Shown here: piece by piece, positions 55,545-64,000 of the stretch
How the letters are laid out: every line of letters starts with the position of its first letter
Position numbering within the stretch: the stretch's first letter is position 1
Source of the DNA: Angustibacter luteus
Lineage (GTDB): Bacteria > Actinomycetota > Actinomycetes > Actinomycetales > Angustibacteraceae
Length of the DNA stretch: 64,000 bases
Assembly: GCF_039541115.1 (NCBI RefSeq)
Contig: NZ_BAABFP010000002.1
Location: 1 to 64,000, forward strand
Reading direction: 5' to 3'
The notes under the pieces: model-generated
What the model was told of the DNA's origin: nothing
What the model saw: only the letters and a program-made list of their open reading frames with translations
Database searches by the model: none
Made by a program: the position numbers and the translations under genes

Positions 55545-55835
55545 ATGTCGGAGCCGCCTTCGGGGTGGGAGCTGGAGCGGGCGCGCACGGAGCGGCTCGC
55601 TCGCGCGGAGGTGCTGCGACTCGAGGGCCTCGTGGCGCTGGCGCCGATCGGCTCCGGACGCGGCCAGCGGCTCGCCGCCGACCTCGGGGTCGCTCGGCAC
55701 AAGCTCAGGACGTCGCTGTCCATGATCCAGTACGTTGAGTACCTCGAGACGACCAACCCAGCGCGCTACCTGGCGCTGTGGCGAGAGAACGGCCCTCCGG
55801 ACCCTGGCCGCGCCGCTCGACGTGCGAGCGACTGA
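55545..55835 (+). CDS. Small hypothetical protein (96 aa)
   Basis: GAGAGGA upstream and a helical sequence; no recognisable motif. Confidence 0.4.
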   Translation: MSEPPSGWELERARTERLARAEVLRLEGLVALAPIGSGRGQRLAADLGVARHKLRTSLSMIQYVEYLETTNPARYLALWRENGPPDPGRAARRASD

Positions 55836-55935
55836 CCTCCTTCCGCACCGCGAAACTCATCACCGCATCCGGTATCAACCGGGGCGCCGCCGCGATCTGT
55901 GGTTCTGAACACCCTTGTCGACGGAAGGCCAGACG

Positions 55936-56787
55936 ATGACGTACCGCACGATCCACACGAGCACCGACGGTGAGCACCCGCTCGGCCGGCACGTGAACCA
56001 CGACCCCCGTTCGCGCGCCTACGCGCACCTCAGCACGGGCCGCACCCTGCAGTCCGTGCGGCACACCCGGCACGTCCCGGTGTTCGACCAGGGCAGCCTG
56101 GGCTCCTGCACGGGCAACGCCCTGACCGGCGCACTGGCCACCGACCCGCTGTTCGGCGGCCTGCCCCAGGGCACCACCCTCGACGAGGACAAGGCCGTCG
56201 AGATCTACTCGGCCGCCACCAAGATCGACCCGTACGACGGGGAGTACCCCCCGGACGACACCGGCTCGGACGGCCTGTCCGTCGCCAAGGTGGCCCAGAG
56301 CCTCGGCCTGATCTCCGGGTACCGCCACGCGTTCAGCCTGGCCGACGCGCTGGACGCGCTGCAGGACGGGCCGGTCATCACCGGCGTCGAGTGGTTCGCC
56401 GGGTTCGACCGCCCGAGTGCGGACGGCACCGTAGAGATCAGCGGCGAGGTGCGCGGCGGCCACGAGATCGTGGTCGACGAGTACGACGCCGCGACCGGCA
56501 AGATCGGCCTGACCAACTCGTGGGGTGACGGCTGGGGCGTGGACGGCCGCTTCCACATGACGGCAGCCACGTGGGGCAAGCTGCTCGACCGCCAGGGCGA
56601 CGTCACGATCCTGGTCCCGGCCACGGCGCCGGCGCCGACCCCGGACCCGACGCCCGTCCCCGACTCCGCCACGTTCCTCAACGCCGACCCGGTCGTCGCC
56701 GCTCGGGTGGCCCGCGCCGCAGCACGCCGCGGGCTGAGCATCGAGGAGTGGCTGCTGCGTCACCTGAAGGGCTACTTCGACCGCTGA
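55936..56787 (+). CDS. Papain-like (C1) cysteine peptidase with a C-terminal RHH-like tail
   Basis: DQGSLGSCTGNA (Gln/Cys), GGHEI (His), TNSWGDGWG (Asn); Pro-rich linker, then FLNADPVVAARVARAAARRGLSIEEWL. Confidence 0.8.
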   Translation: MTYRTIHTSTDGEHPLGRHVNHDPRSRAYAHLSTGRTLQSVRHTRHVPVFDQGSLGSCTGNALTGALATDPLFGGLPQGTTLDEDKAVEIYSAATKIDPYDGEYPPDDTGSDGLSVAKVAQSLGLISGYRHAFSLADALDALQDGPVITGVEWFAGFDRPSADGTVEISGEVRGGHEIVVDEYDAATGKIGLTNSWGDGWGVDGRFHMTAATWGKLLDRQGDVTILVPATAPAPTPDPTPVPDSATFLNADPVVAARVARAAARRGLSIEEWLLRHLKGYFDR

Positions 56788-56883
56788 CCGGCGGTACCCG
56801 ACGAGGCCTGGCAGTGTTCAGGCCTCGTCGGGGCGGCAGCGGTAAGCACCCAGCAGCGGCCGACGACCGTCTAGTCTGCCGAC

Positions 56884-57870
56884 GTGTCCGACACGCACCC
56901 CGCGCGCTACGTCTCCGCGGGCCGCCTCCCCGAGCGCACGTCCGTCCAGGCGATCGTCGACGAGGCCCGGGCGCTCTTCGCGGACGACGACAGCGGCCGG
57001 TTGTCGGCGGTCTACCCGGCACTGGCCGAGGCTGACCCGTCCGCGTTCGGGCTCTGTGTCGTGTCGGCCAGCGGGGACGTGGTCGCGTCCGGCGACGCGC
57101 GCAGCCCGTTCACCATCATGAGCGTGGCCAAGCCCTTCGTGTACGCGCTGGTCGGCGAGGCGGTGGGCATCGAGGAGCTGCGCCGCCGGGTCGGCGTCAA
57201 CGCGACCGGCCTGGCCTTCAACTCGGCGCACGCCGTCGAGCGGGATCCGTCGGGGCGCACCAACCCCATGGTCAACCCCGGCGCGATCGCCACCACCGCA
57301 CTGGCTCGGGGCGGCGACGTGGAGGCCCAGTGGTCTCGCCTGGTCGAGGGGCTCTCCCGGTTCGCCGGCCACGACCTGCAGTTGGACGACGCGACGCTGG
57401 CGTCCGCGCGCGCCAGCAACCACCGCAACCGCGCACTGGCGAACATGCTGAAGGAACTCGGTGCGCTGGACGGCGATCCGGGGGACGTGGTCGACCTCTA
57501 CACGCGGCAGAGCTGCCTGTCGGTCAGCGCCCTGGACATCGCGGTCATGGGCGCCACGCTCGCCGACGGCGGGATGAACCCGCTCACCGGCGAACGCGTC
57601 GTGGATGCCGAGACCGCCCACGCGACGCTGGCCGTGATGACCATCGCCGGGCTCTACGAGACCTCCGGTGACTGGCTGTTCGACGTCGGGATGCCCGGCA
57701 AGAGCGGGATCGGCGGCGGGATCGTCACCGTGTCCCCCGGAAAGGGTGCCCTCGGCACCTACTCCCCCTTGCTGGACCCGACCGGGAACAGCGTGCGCGG
57801 GCAGCTGGCCGCGCAGTACCTGGCCCGGCGCCTGGGACTGGACCTGCTGGCCTCGCAGGCACTGACCTGA
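56884..57870 (+). CDS. glsA: Glutaminase A
   Basis: FTIMSVAKPF (SxxK), NPMVNPGAI, GLYETSG, PGKSGIGGG. Confidence 0.94.
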   Translation: MSDTHPARYVSAGRLPERTSVQAIVDEARALFADDDSGRLSAVYPALAEADPSAFGLCVVSASGDVVASGDARSPFTIMSVAKPFVYALVGEAVGIEELRRRVGVNATGLAFNSAHAVERDPSGRTNPMVNPGAIATTALARGGDVEAQWSRLVEGLSRFAGHDLQLDDATLASARASNHRNRALANMLKELGALDGDPGDVVDLYTRQSCLSVSALDIAVMGATLADGGMNPLTGERVVDAETAHATLAVMTIAGLYETSGDWLFDVGMPGKSGIGGGIVTVSPGKGALGTYSPLLDPTGNSVRGQLAAQYLARRLGLDLLASQALT

Positions 57871-57944
57871 CGACCGCCGACCAAGATCATCGATGACCCT
57901 TGCTGCCACATGACTGCTCTGCCAGAGTGAGTGTGGAGGCGACG

Positions 57945-59465
57945 ATGGGGGACAACCCAGCACGAGGCAACTTCGATCCGGTGCCGTCGACCCGGCATCC
58001 GGCGTCCGTCACGGTCGTGACCACCCTGCCCGGCGTGGCGGACGTCGCGGCGCTCGCCGTCCCGGTCTCGCTCGGCTCCGAGCCGCCACCGGACCTCGGG
58101 CACGACGCCGCCAGCCTGGCCGTCGCCGGGTTCACCGCCAAGCGCAACCAGACCCTGGTGATCCCCGGCGCCGACGGCCGCGCGCTCGTCGCGCTGGGCG
58201 TCGGCGACGCGAGTGACCTGGATCTGACGACGGTTCGCGACCTGGCCGCCGACTTCGCCCGCGCCGTTCCGCAGCACAAGACCTTGGCGGTCGAGCTCCC
58301 CGCGGGCGAGTTCGCCGTCTCCCCGGGCGACTTCGCCCAGGTCGTCGTCGAGGGCGTCCTGCTGGCCCGCTGGCGCTTCTTCGTCGGTTCGGGCGGCGAC
58401 GAGCCGTTGCTGACGGCCCTGACGATCGTCGCCCCGGAGGCCGTGGCCGAGGACGTGCGGGCCGGGGTCGAGCGCGGCCTGGTGATCGCCGCCGCAGCCG
58501 CGATCAGCCGGGACCTGTCGAACTGCCCGGCGACCACGCTGTCCGCCGTCCGGATGGCGCAGGTGGCCCAGGAGCTCGGCCCGCCGGCCGGCCTGGAGGT
58601 CGAGGTCTTCGACGAGCAGCAGCTCATCGAGATGGGCTGCGGCGGCATCCTGGGGGTCAACCTCGGCAGCATCGACGAGCCGCGGCTGATCCGGCTGCGC
58701 TACTCGCCGGCCGCGGCGACCGGCCACCTGGCCCTGGTGGGCAAGGGAATCATGTACGACTCGGGGGGCATCAGCCTCAAGCCGAGTGACGAGTCGCACG
58801 CGCAGATGAAGAACGACATGACCGGCGCCGCAGCGATCCTGGGCGCCATGACCGCCCTGCAGGCCCTGGGCTGCGCGTCGGCGGTCACGGCGTACCTGTG
58901 CTGCACGGACAACATGCCCTCGGGGTCGGCGATGAAGCTGGGCGACGTGCTGACGATGCGCAACGGCACGACGGTCGAGGTGCTCAACACGGACGCCGAG
59001 GGTCGGCTGGTGATGGCCGACGGGCTCTGCCTGGCCGTCGAGGACGGCGTCGACGCCATCGTCGACGTCGCCACGCTCACCGGTGCCGCGCTGCGCGCCC
59101 TCGGGGTGGAGATCGCGGCCGTGATGGGCAACGACGACGACCTCATCGGACAGCTGGAGACGGCCGGCGACATCGCGGACGAGCCGCTGTGGGAGCTGCC
59201 CCTCTACCGGCCCTACCGCGTGCAGCTGGAGTCGGGCATCGCCGACCTGACCAACATGGGCGGCGCGAACGCGGGGTCGATCACCGCCGCGCTGTTCCTC
59301 GAGGAGTTCGTGTCCGGGGTCCCGTGGGCGCACGTGGACATCGCCGGCACCGCCCAGCAACCAGCCGTCCGGACGTGGCGCAACAAGGGAGCCAGTGGCT
59401 TCGGTGCCAAGCTGCTCATCGAGCTCGCCACCCGGTTCGAGGTCCCGAGCGGAGCGTCGTCATGA
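57945..59465 (+). CDS. M17 leucyl aminopeptidase
   Basis: VGKGIMYDSGGISLK, MKNDMTG, NTDAEGRL, WAHVDIAG. Confidence 0.94.
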   Translation: MGDNPARGNFDPVPSTRHPASVTVVTTLPGVADVAALAVPVSLGSEPPPDLGHDAASLAVAGFTAKRNQTLVIPGADGRALVALGVGDASDLDLTTVRDLAADFARAVPQHKTLAVELPAGEFAVSPGDFAQVVVEGVLLARWRFFVGSGGDEPLLTALTIVAPEAVAEDVRAGVERGLVIAAAAAISRDLSNCPATTLSAVRMAQVAQELGPPAGLEVEVFDEQQLIEMGCGGILGVNLGSIDEPRLIRLRYSPAAATGHLALVGKGIMYDSGGISLKPSDESHAQMKNDMTGAAAILGAMTALQALGCASAVTAYLCCTDNMPSGSAMKLGDVLTMRNGTTVEVLNTDAEGRLVMADGLCLAVEDGVDAIVDVATLTGAALRALGVEIAAVMGNDDDLIGQLETAGDIADEPLWELPLYRPYRVQLESGIADLTNMGGANAGSITAALFLEEFVSGVPWAHVDIAGTAQQPAVRTWRNKGASGFGAKLLIELATRFEVPSGASS

Positions 59466-61159
59466 GCGACTCGGCAGCGGCTGAGCCCGCGAAGTCACCG
59501 GAGCCGGCTGAGTCGGCGGAGTCGGCGGAGTCGCGCGGGCTGCTCGGCTGGATCGAGCGGGTGGGCAACAAGATCCCGCACCCCGCGATGATCTTCCTCG
59601 GGCTGATCTTCGGCGTGATCATCCTGTCCGCGATCCTGGCCTGGGCCGGGGTCAGCGTGACGACCGAGGTGGCCGAGCCGCAGGGAACGACGGTCACCCA
59701 GACCGACACCGACGCCGGCTCGACGTACCCCTCGGTGGAGCGCCCGCCGGAGCAGGCGGTCCCGGAGTACGACGTCAAGACCGAGACCATCGAGGCCAAG
59801 AGCCTGCTCAGCGCCGACGGCATCCGGCACATGTTCACCACCGTCGTGCAGAACTTCAACGACTTCGGTGTGGTCGCCGTGATCCTGGTCGCGATGATCG
59901 GCGTCGGCGTCGCGGAGGAGGCGGGGCTGATCGCCGCCCTGATCCGCAAGATGGTGCAGGTCGCGCCCGCGTCGGCGATCACGTTCATCATCGTGCTGCT
60001 CGGCGGCATCTCCAGCGTCGCCTCGGACGCCGGGTACCTCGTGCTGATCCCGTTGGGAGCCGCCGCGTTCGTCAGCATGGGCCGGCACCCGTTGGCCGGC
60101 ATCGCGGCCGCCTACGCCGGGGTCAGCGCGGCGTTCTTCGTGAACATCCTCATCACGCCCGCCGACGGCATCATCACCGAGGTCAGCAACGAGATCATCG
60201 CCGGCGTCGCGCCGAACGCCCCAGCGCTCAACGTGACCCAGAACCTGTACTTCTCGATCGGGTCCACGATCTTCTGCGCACTGGTCATGACGGTCCTGAC
60301 CGAGAAGTACGTCGAGCCGCGGCTCGGGACGTGGGACCCGGCCGAGCGGCCGGCCGACGCCCCGGTCGACCACGTGCCCACCGGGGACGAGCTGTCCCAC
60401 GAGTCCCGCGGCCTGAAGCTCGCCGGGCTCTACACCCTGGGCGCCGCGGCGATCATCTCGCTGCTGACGTTCCTGCCGAACGCTCCCCTGCGCAACCCCG
60501 AGACCGGCGAGATCTTCGGCAACTCCCCCTTCATGAGCAGCCTGCTCTTCATCATCTCGATGCTGTTCCTGGCCGCGGGCCTGGGCTACGGGCGCGGGGC
60601 GTCGACGCTGACCGGCAGCACCAACGTGGTCAATGCCATCACCAAGACCTTCAACGGTCTCGGCGGGCTGATCTTCCTGATGCTGCTGATCGCCCAGTTC
60701 ATCGCGTTCTTCAACTACTCCAACATGTCCCGGCTGGCCGCCACGTCGCTGGCCGACCTGCTGGGCCGGGCCGACATCGGCGCGCTGCCGCTGCTGGTCG
60801 GGTTCATCGTGCTGGTGTTCGTGATCGACATCATCATGCCCGGCGTGATTCCCAAGTGGGCCATCATCGCGCCGATCTTCGTACCGCTGTTCTACAACCT
60901 GGGCATCGCACCCCAGACCGTGATCGCCGCCTACCGGGTGGGCGACGGGCCGGTGAACGTGATCACGCCGCTGATGGTCTACCTGCCCTTCATCATCCTG
61001 GTCTGCCAGCGCTACCGCGCCAACGCAGGGATGGGCACCGTCGTCTCGATGATGCTGCCGTACACCGTCATCGTGCTGGTGACCTGGATCCTGTTCTTCG
61101 TCGGCTGGTACCTCATCGGCATCGACTGGGGACCCGGCGCGCCCGTCCACCTGCCTTGA
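59462..61159 (+). CDS. AbgT family transporter
   Basis: IERVGNKIPHP, GRHPLAGIAAAYAGVS, YRVGDG..NVITP; ATGA overlap with the peptidase. Confidence 0.9.
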   Translation: MSDSAAAEPAKSPEPAESAESAESRGLLGWIERVGNKIPHPAMIFLGLIFGVIILSAILAWAGVSVTTEVAEPQGTTVTQTDTDAGSTYPSVERPPEQAVPEYDVKTETIEAKSLLSADGIRHMFTTVVQNFNDFGVVAVILVAMIGVGVAEEAGLIAALIRKMVQVAPASAITFIIVLLGGISSVASDAGYLVLIPLGAAAFVSMGRHPLAGIAAAYAGVSAAFFVNILITPADGIITEVSNEIIAGVAPNAPALNVTQNLYFSIGSTIFCALVMTVLTEKYVEPRLGTWDPAERPADAPVDHVPTGDELSHESRGLKLAGLYTLGAAAIISLLTFLPNAPLRNPETGEIFGNSPFMSSLLFIISMLFLAAGLGYGRGASTLTGSTNVVNAITKTFNGLGGLIFLMLLIAQFIAFFNYSNMSRLAATSLADLLGRADIGALPLLVGFIVLVFVIDIIMPGVIPKWAIIAPIFVPLFYNLGIAPQTVIAAYRVGDGPVNVITPLMVYLPFIILVCQRYRANAGMGTVVSMMLPYTVIVLVTWILFFVGWYLIGIDWGPGAPVHLP

Positions 61160-61174
61160 CCCGCGGCGGCCCCG

Positions 61175-62971
61175 ATGGATGACGCCACCACGGCGCTGCT
61201 CGTCCTCGCCGCGGTCGTGGCCCTGTTCATCTGGAACCGCCTCCCCGTGGGCGCAGTGGCGATCCTGGCTGCCCTCGGCCTGTGGGCGACCGGCCTGGTC
61301 ACGGCGAACGAGGCGGTGTCGGGCTTCGGTGACCCCGTGGTGATCTTCATCGCCACCCTGTTCGTGGTCAGCGAGGGAATCGACTCCACCGGTGTGACGA
61401 CCTGGGCCGGTCAGGCGCTGATCGCGCGCGCCGGCACCGCCCACACCCGGGTGCTGGTGGCGGTCTCGCTGCTGTCGGCCCTGCTCGCGTCCTTCATCAC
61501 CCTGAACGGCGCCGTCGCCGCACTGCTCCCCCTGGTCGTGCTCCTCGCGATGCGGATCCAGCAGTCCCCGTCCCAGCTGCTGTTGCCGATGGTGTTCGCC
61601 GGCAGCTGCGGCGGCTTGCTCATGCTGATGAGCAGCCCGATCAACATCATCGTGTCCGAGGCCGCGCAGGACGCCGGAGCACCCGCGTTCCCCTTCTTCT
61701 CGTTCGCCCTCGTCGGCCTACCGCTGCTGGCCGGCACCGTGACGATCTGTGCGGTCTTCGGGCCCCGACTGCTGCCCCGCACGACACCGGAGCACGCGGC
61801 TCCCGACCTGGGCGAGCACGCGCAGACCCTGGAGGCGCACTACGAGCTCACCGACGGCTTCAACCGCCTGCGGGTGCGCACCCGCTCGGCGCTGATCGGG
61901 CGGTCCCCCGCGGACGTCGACCTCGCCGGGTACCCGGGGGTCGCGCTGATCGCGGTGGAGGACCACGCCGGTTCGTCTGTCCTGGGCGAGGTGCACGACG
62001 ACGACGTCCTCGTGGTGACCGGCCCGCCGTCCGAGGTCACCCACTTCGCGCTCGCTGAGGGCCTGGCGGTGCACATGACTGGTTCGGCCGACGCCGCGGA
62101 CCTCCTGACCCGCGAGGGTGGCGTGGCCGAGGTCGTTGTGCCACCACGCTCCCGACTGGTCGGCGAGACGGTCTACCCGGGGATGCAGCGCCAGCACGAG
62201 CTGGTGATCCTGGCCGTCCAGCGGCTCGGCAAGGACCTGGGCAGCGGTCCGCTGGAGCTCGCCGAGGGTGACGCGATCCTCCTGCACGGGCGCTGGTCGG
62301 CGCTCGACCAGCTGAACCGGGACCGGGACGTGCTGCTGGTGGACTCCCCTGACGTCGTGCGACGGCAGGCCGTGCCGTGGGGGCCGAAGGCGACCCGGGC
62401 GGTCGTGGTGCTGGCCGGGCTGGTGGCGATGCTCGCCTCGGGACAGGTCCCGCCCGCGATCGCCGGACTGGCCGCCGCGCTGGCGATGGTGCTGGCCCGG
62501 GTCGTGACCGTCCCGCAGGCCTACCGCTCCGTCTCGTGGCAGACCGTGGTGCTGGTCGGCGCGATGATCCCGTTGTCCACCGCGATCCAGAGCAGCGGAG
62601 CGGCGGACCTGGTCTCGGGCTGGATCATCGACCTGGTCGGCGGCGGCAGCCCGTACCTGCTGCTCGTCGCGCTGTTCGTCCTGACCGCCACCCTGGGGCA
62701 GGTGGTGAGCAACACCGCGACGGTGCTCGTGGTCACGCCGATCGCGGTGGCGGCCGCGCAGGCCACCGGCACCTCGGTCCAGCCCGTGCTGATGCTGGTC
62801 GCCGTCGCCGGCTGCGCCGCCCTGCTCACCCCGATCGCCACCCCGGGCAACATGATGATCATGACGCCCGGCGGCTACCGGTTCGGCGACTACTGGAAGC
62901 TCGGCCTGCCGGTGATGCTGTGGTGGTTCGCGGTCGCGATCGGGGTGATCCCGCTGGTCTGGCGGCCCTAG
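61175..62971 (+). CDS. SLC13/DASS permease with TrkA-C domains
   Basis: SGFGDP, VSNTAT, TPIATPGNMMIMTPGGYRFGDYWKLG; central soluble region. Confidence 0.88.
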   Translation: MDDATTALLVLAAVVALFIWNRLPVGAVAILAALGLWATGLVTANEAVSGFGDPVVIFIATLFVVSEGIDSTGVTTWAGQALIARAGTAHTRVLVAVSLLSALLASFITLNGAVAALLPLVVLLAMRIQQSPSQLLLPMVFAGSCGGLLMLMSSPINIIVSEAAQDAGAPAFPFFSFALVGLPLLAGTVTICAVFGPRLLPRTTPEHAAPDLGEHAQTLEAHYELTDGFNRLRVRTRSALIGRSPADVDLAGYPGVALIAVEDHAGSSVLGEVHDDDVLVVTGPPSEVTHFALAEGLAVHMTGSADAADLLTREGGVAEVVVPPRSRLVGETVYPGMQRQHELVILAVQRLGKDLGSGPLELAEGDAILLHGRWSALDQLNRDRDVLLVDSPDVVRRQAVPWGPKATRAVVVLAGLVAMLASGQVPPAIAGLAAALAMVLARVVTVPQAYRSVSWQTVVLVGAMIPLSTAIQSSGAADLVSGWIIDLVGGGSPYLLLVALFVLTATLGQVVSNTATVLVVTPIAVAAAQATGTSVQPVLMLVAVAGCAALLTPIATPGNMMIMTPGGYRFGDYWKLGLPVMLWWFAVAIGVIPLVWRP

Positions 62972-63369
62972 CCGACGCCGGCTCGCTTGACCGCGAGGAC
63001 CGGGCAGTCCGCCTCCAGCAGGATGCGCTGGGCGGTGCTGCCCAGGATGAGCTTGCCCACGGGGGTGCGCCGGCGCAGCCCGATCACGATCATCGAGGCG
63101 TCGCGCGAGCGCGCCTGGGTCAGGATCTCGGTGGCCGGGTCGGCGGTCGGGTCGTGCGGGACGACGACGTTCTGGAGGTCCAGCCGGTCAAGCTTGTCGC
63201 TGAGCGCGTCCGCGTGCTGCTCGGGCGAGATGTCGAAGTCGCTGTCACTCACGGCGTCGACGCCGCTGACGACCACGAGGCCCGCCGCGAGCCGGCGCGC
63301 CTCGACGATCGCGGCTTCGAGCGCCGCTTCGCCCTCGGGGGTGGGTAGGTAGCCGATCACGATGGTCAT
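62968..63369 (-). CDS. Universal stress protein
   Basis: IVIGYLPTPEG, IVIGLRRRTPVGKLILGSTAQRILLEADCPVLAVK. Confidence 0.93.
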   Translation of the reverse strand: MTIVIGYLPTPEGEAALEAAIVEARRLAAGLVVVSGVDAVSDSDFDISPEQHADALSDKLDRLDLQNVVVPHDPTADPATEILTQARSRDASMIVIGLRRRTPVGKLILGSTAQRILLEADCPVLAVKRAGVG

Positions 63370-63400
63370 GACGCCGTCCCTTCTCGCTGCGCTGGATCGT

Positions 63401-64000
63401 TCACGTCAGGCTCTTGATGGCGCCTCGTGCGCCGTGTCGTTGCAGGCTGGTCCGGGCGTCGGCGAACGCGGCCCGCAGCACCGGATCCGCGCCGAGGTCG
63501 CCGAACACCGGAGGGTAGTCCAGGAAGGCTCCGGGCTCGTCCTGCTCGGCCGCCACGGCGCGGAGCAAACCGTCGATCCGCTTGTCCTGCACCGAGATCG
63601 GTGCACCGGCATCGTCCACGCCCTCCAGGAACCGGCACCAGGCCGCCAGCACGAGGGCACTCCGGGCGATCGACCTCCCGGCGGCGAGCTGGTCGCGCAC
63701 CACCGGCAACAGGAACTTGGGGATCCGGTCGGACCCGTCCACGACCTGGCGTCCCAGCGTGTCGCGGATGGCTTCGCTGCTGAACCGCGCGATCAGCTGG
63801 TCGCAGTAGGCGTCGACGTCGATGCCGGGCACGTCCCGCAGCGTCGGGATCGCCTCGTGGTGCATGTAGTCGAGCAGGAACCCGGCGAACAGCGGGTCCC
63901 GGCACACGTCGTGGACGAAGGTCTCGCCGGCCAGGACGGCCAGGTAGCCCATCGCCTGGTGGGACGCGTTGAGCAGCCTCAGCTTCATCAGCTCGTACGG
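63401..64000 (-). CDS. Mannitol dehydrogenase family protein, C-terminal part (start outside the window)
   Basis: YELMKLRLLNASH, DGSDRIPKFLLP. Confidence 0.9.
   Translation of the reverse strand, partial: PYELMKLRLLNASHQAMGYLAVLAGETFVHDVCRDPLFAGFLLDYMHHEAIPTLRDVPGIDVDAYCDQLIARFSSEAIRDTLGRQVVDGSDRIPKFLLPVVRDQLAAGRSIARSALVLAAWCRFLEGVDDAGAPISVQDKRIDGLLRAVAAEQDEPGAFLDYPPVFGDLGADPVLRAAFADARTSLQRHGARGAIKSLT

Overview
High-GC actinomycete chromosomal window; gene content and order suggest a motile Kineosporiaceae/Intrasporangiaceae-like organism (inference). 1-21.7 kb is mostly conserved core: 5' part of a chemoreceptor, metZ, the Nif3/zinc-ribbon/RNase H-phosphatase operon, tRNA-Val, a peroxiredoxin, DUF3052, fdhD, yjbQ, aceE, fasR-fabD-fabH-acpP-fabF-accD, TetR/MFS and DUF3145. 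21.8-53.8 kb is a ~32 kb flagellar cluster with export apparatus, C-ring, motAB, hook, filament, fliA, csrA/fliW, an EAL-HDOD protein and an NlpC/P60-SLT hydrolase. It has no recognisable flgF, flgG, flgM or flhG, and carries only a degenerate FlhF-like gene. 53.8-64 kb is accessory: SDR/TetR, a papain-like protease, glutaminase-M17 peptidase-AbgT-SLC13, USP and a partial mannitol dehydrogenase. The most notable signal read from the DNA is a two-layer regulatory code: up to ten sigma28-type promoter matches (T[C/A]A[G/A]-N15-[G/A][C/A]CGA[T/G]), two apparently leaderless, plus CsrA-type GGA-loop hairpins in five flagellar leaders. Other items are an unknown sigma28-driven gene, a FliA C-terminal tail and AT-rich codon patch, tandem repeats in FliK and the FlhF-like protein, FabD fused to a lysine-less biotinyl/lipoyl-like domain, a likely CTG start, and a dispersed palindromic repeat. 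All family calls come from motif recognition by eye; no database searches were run.
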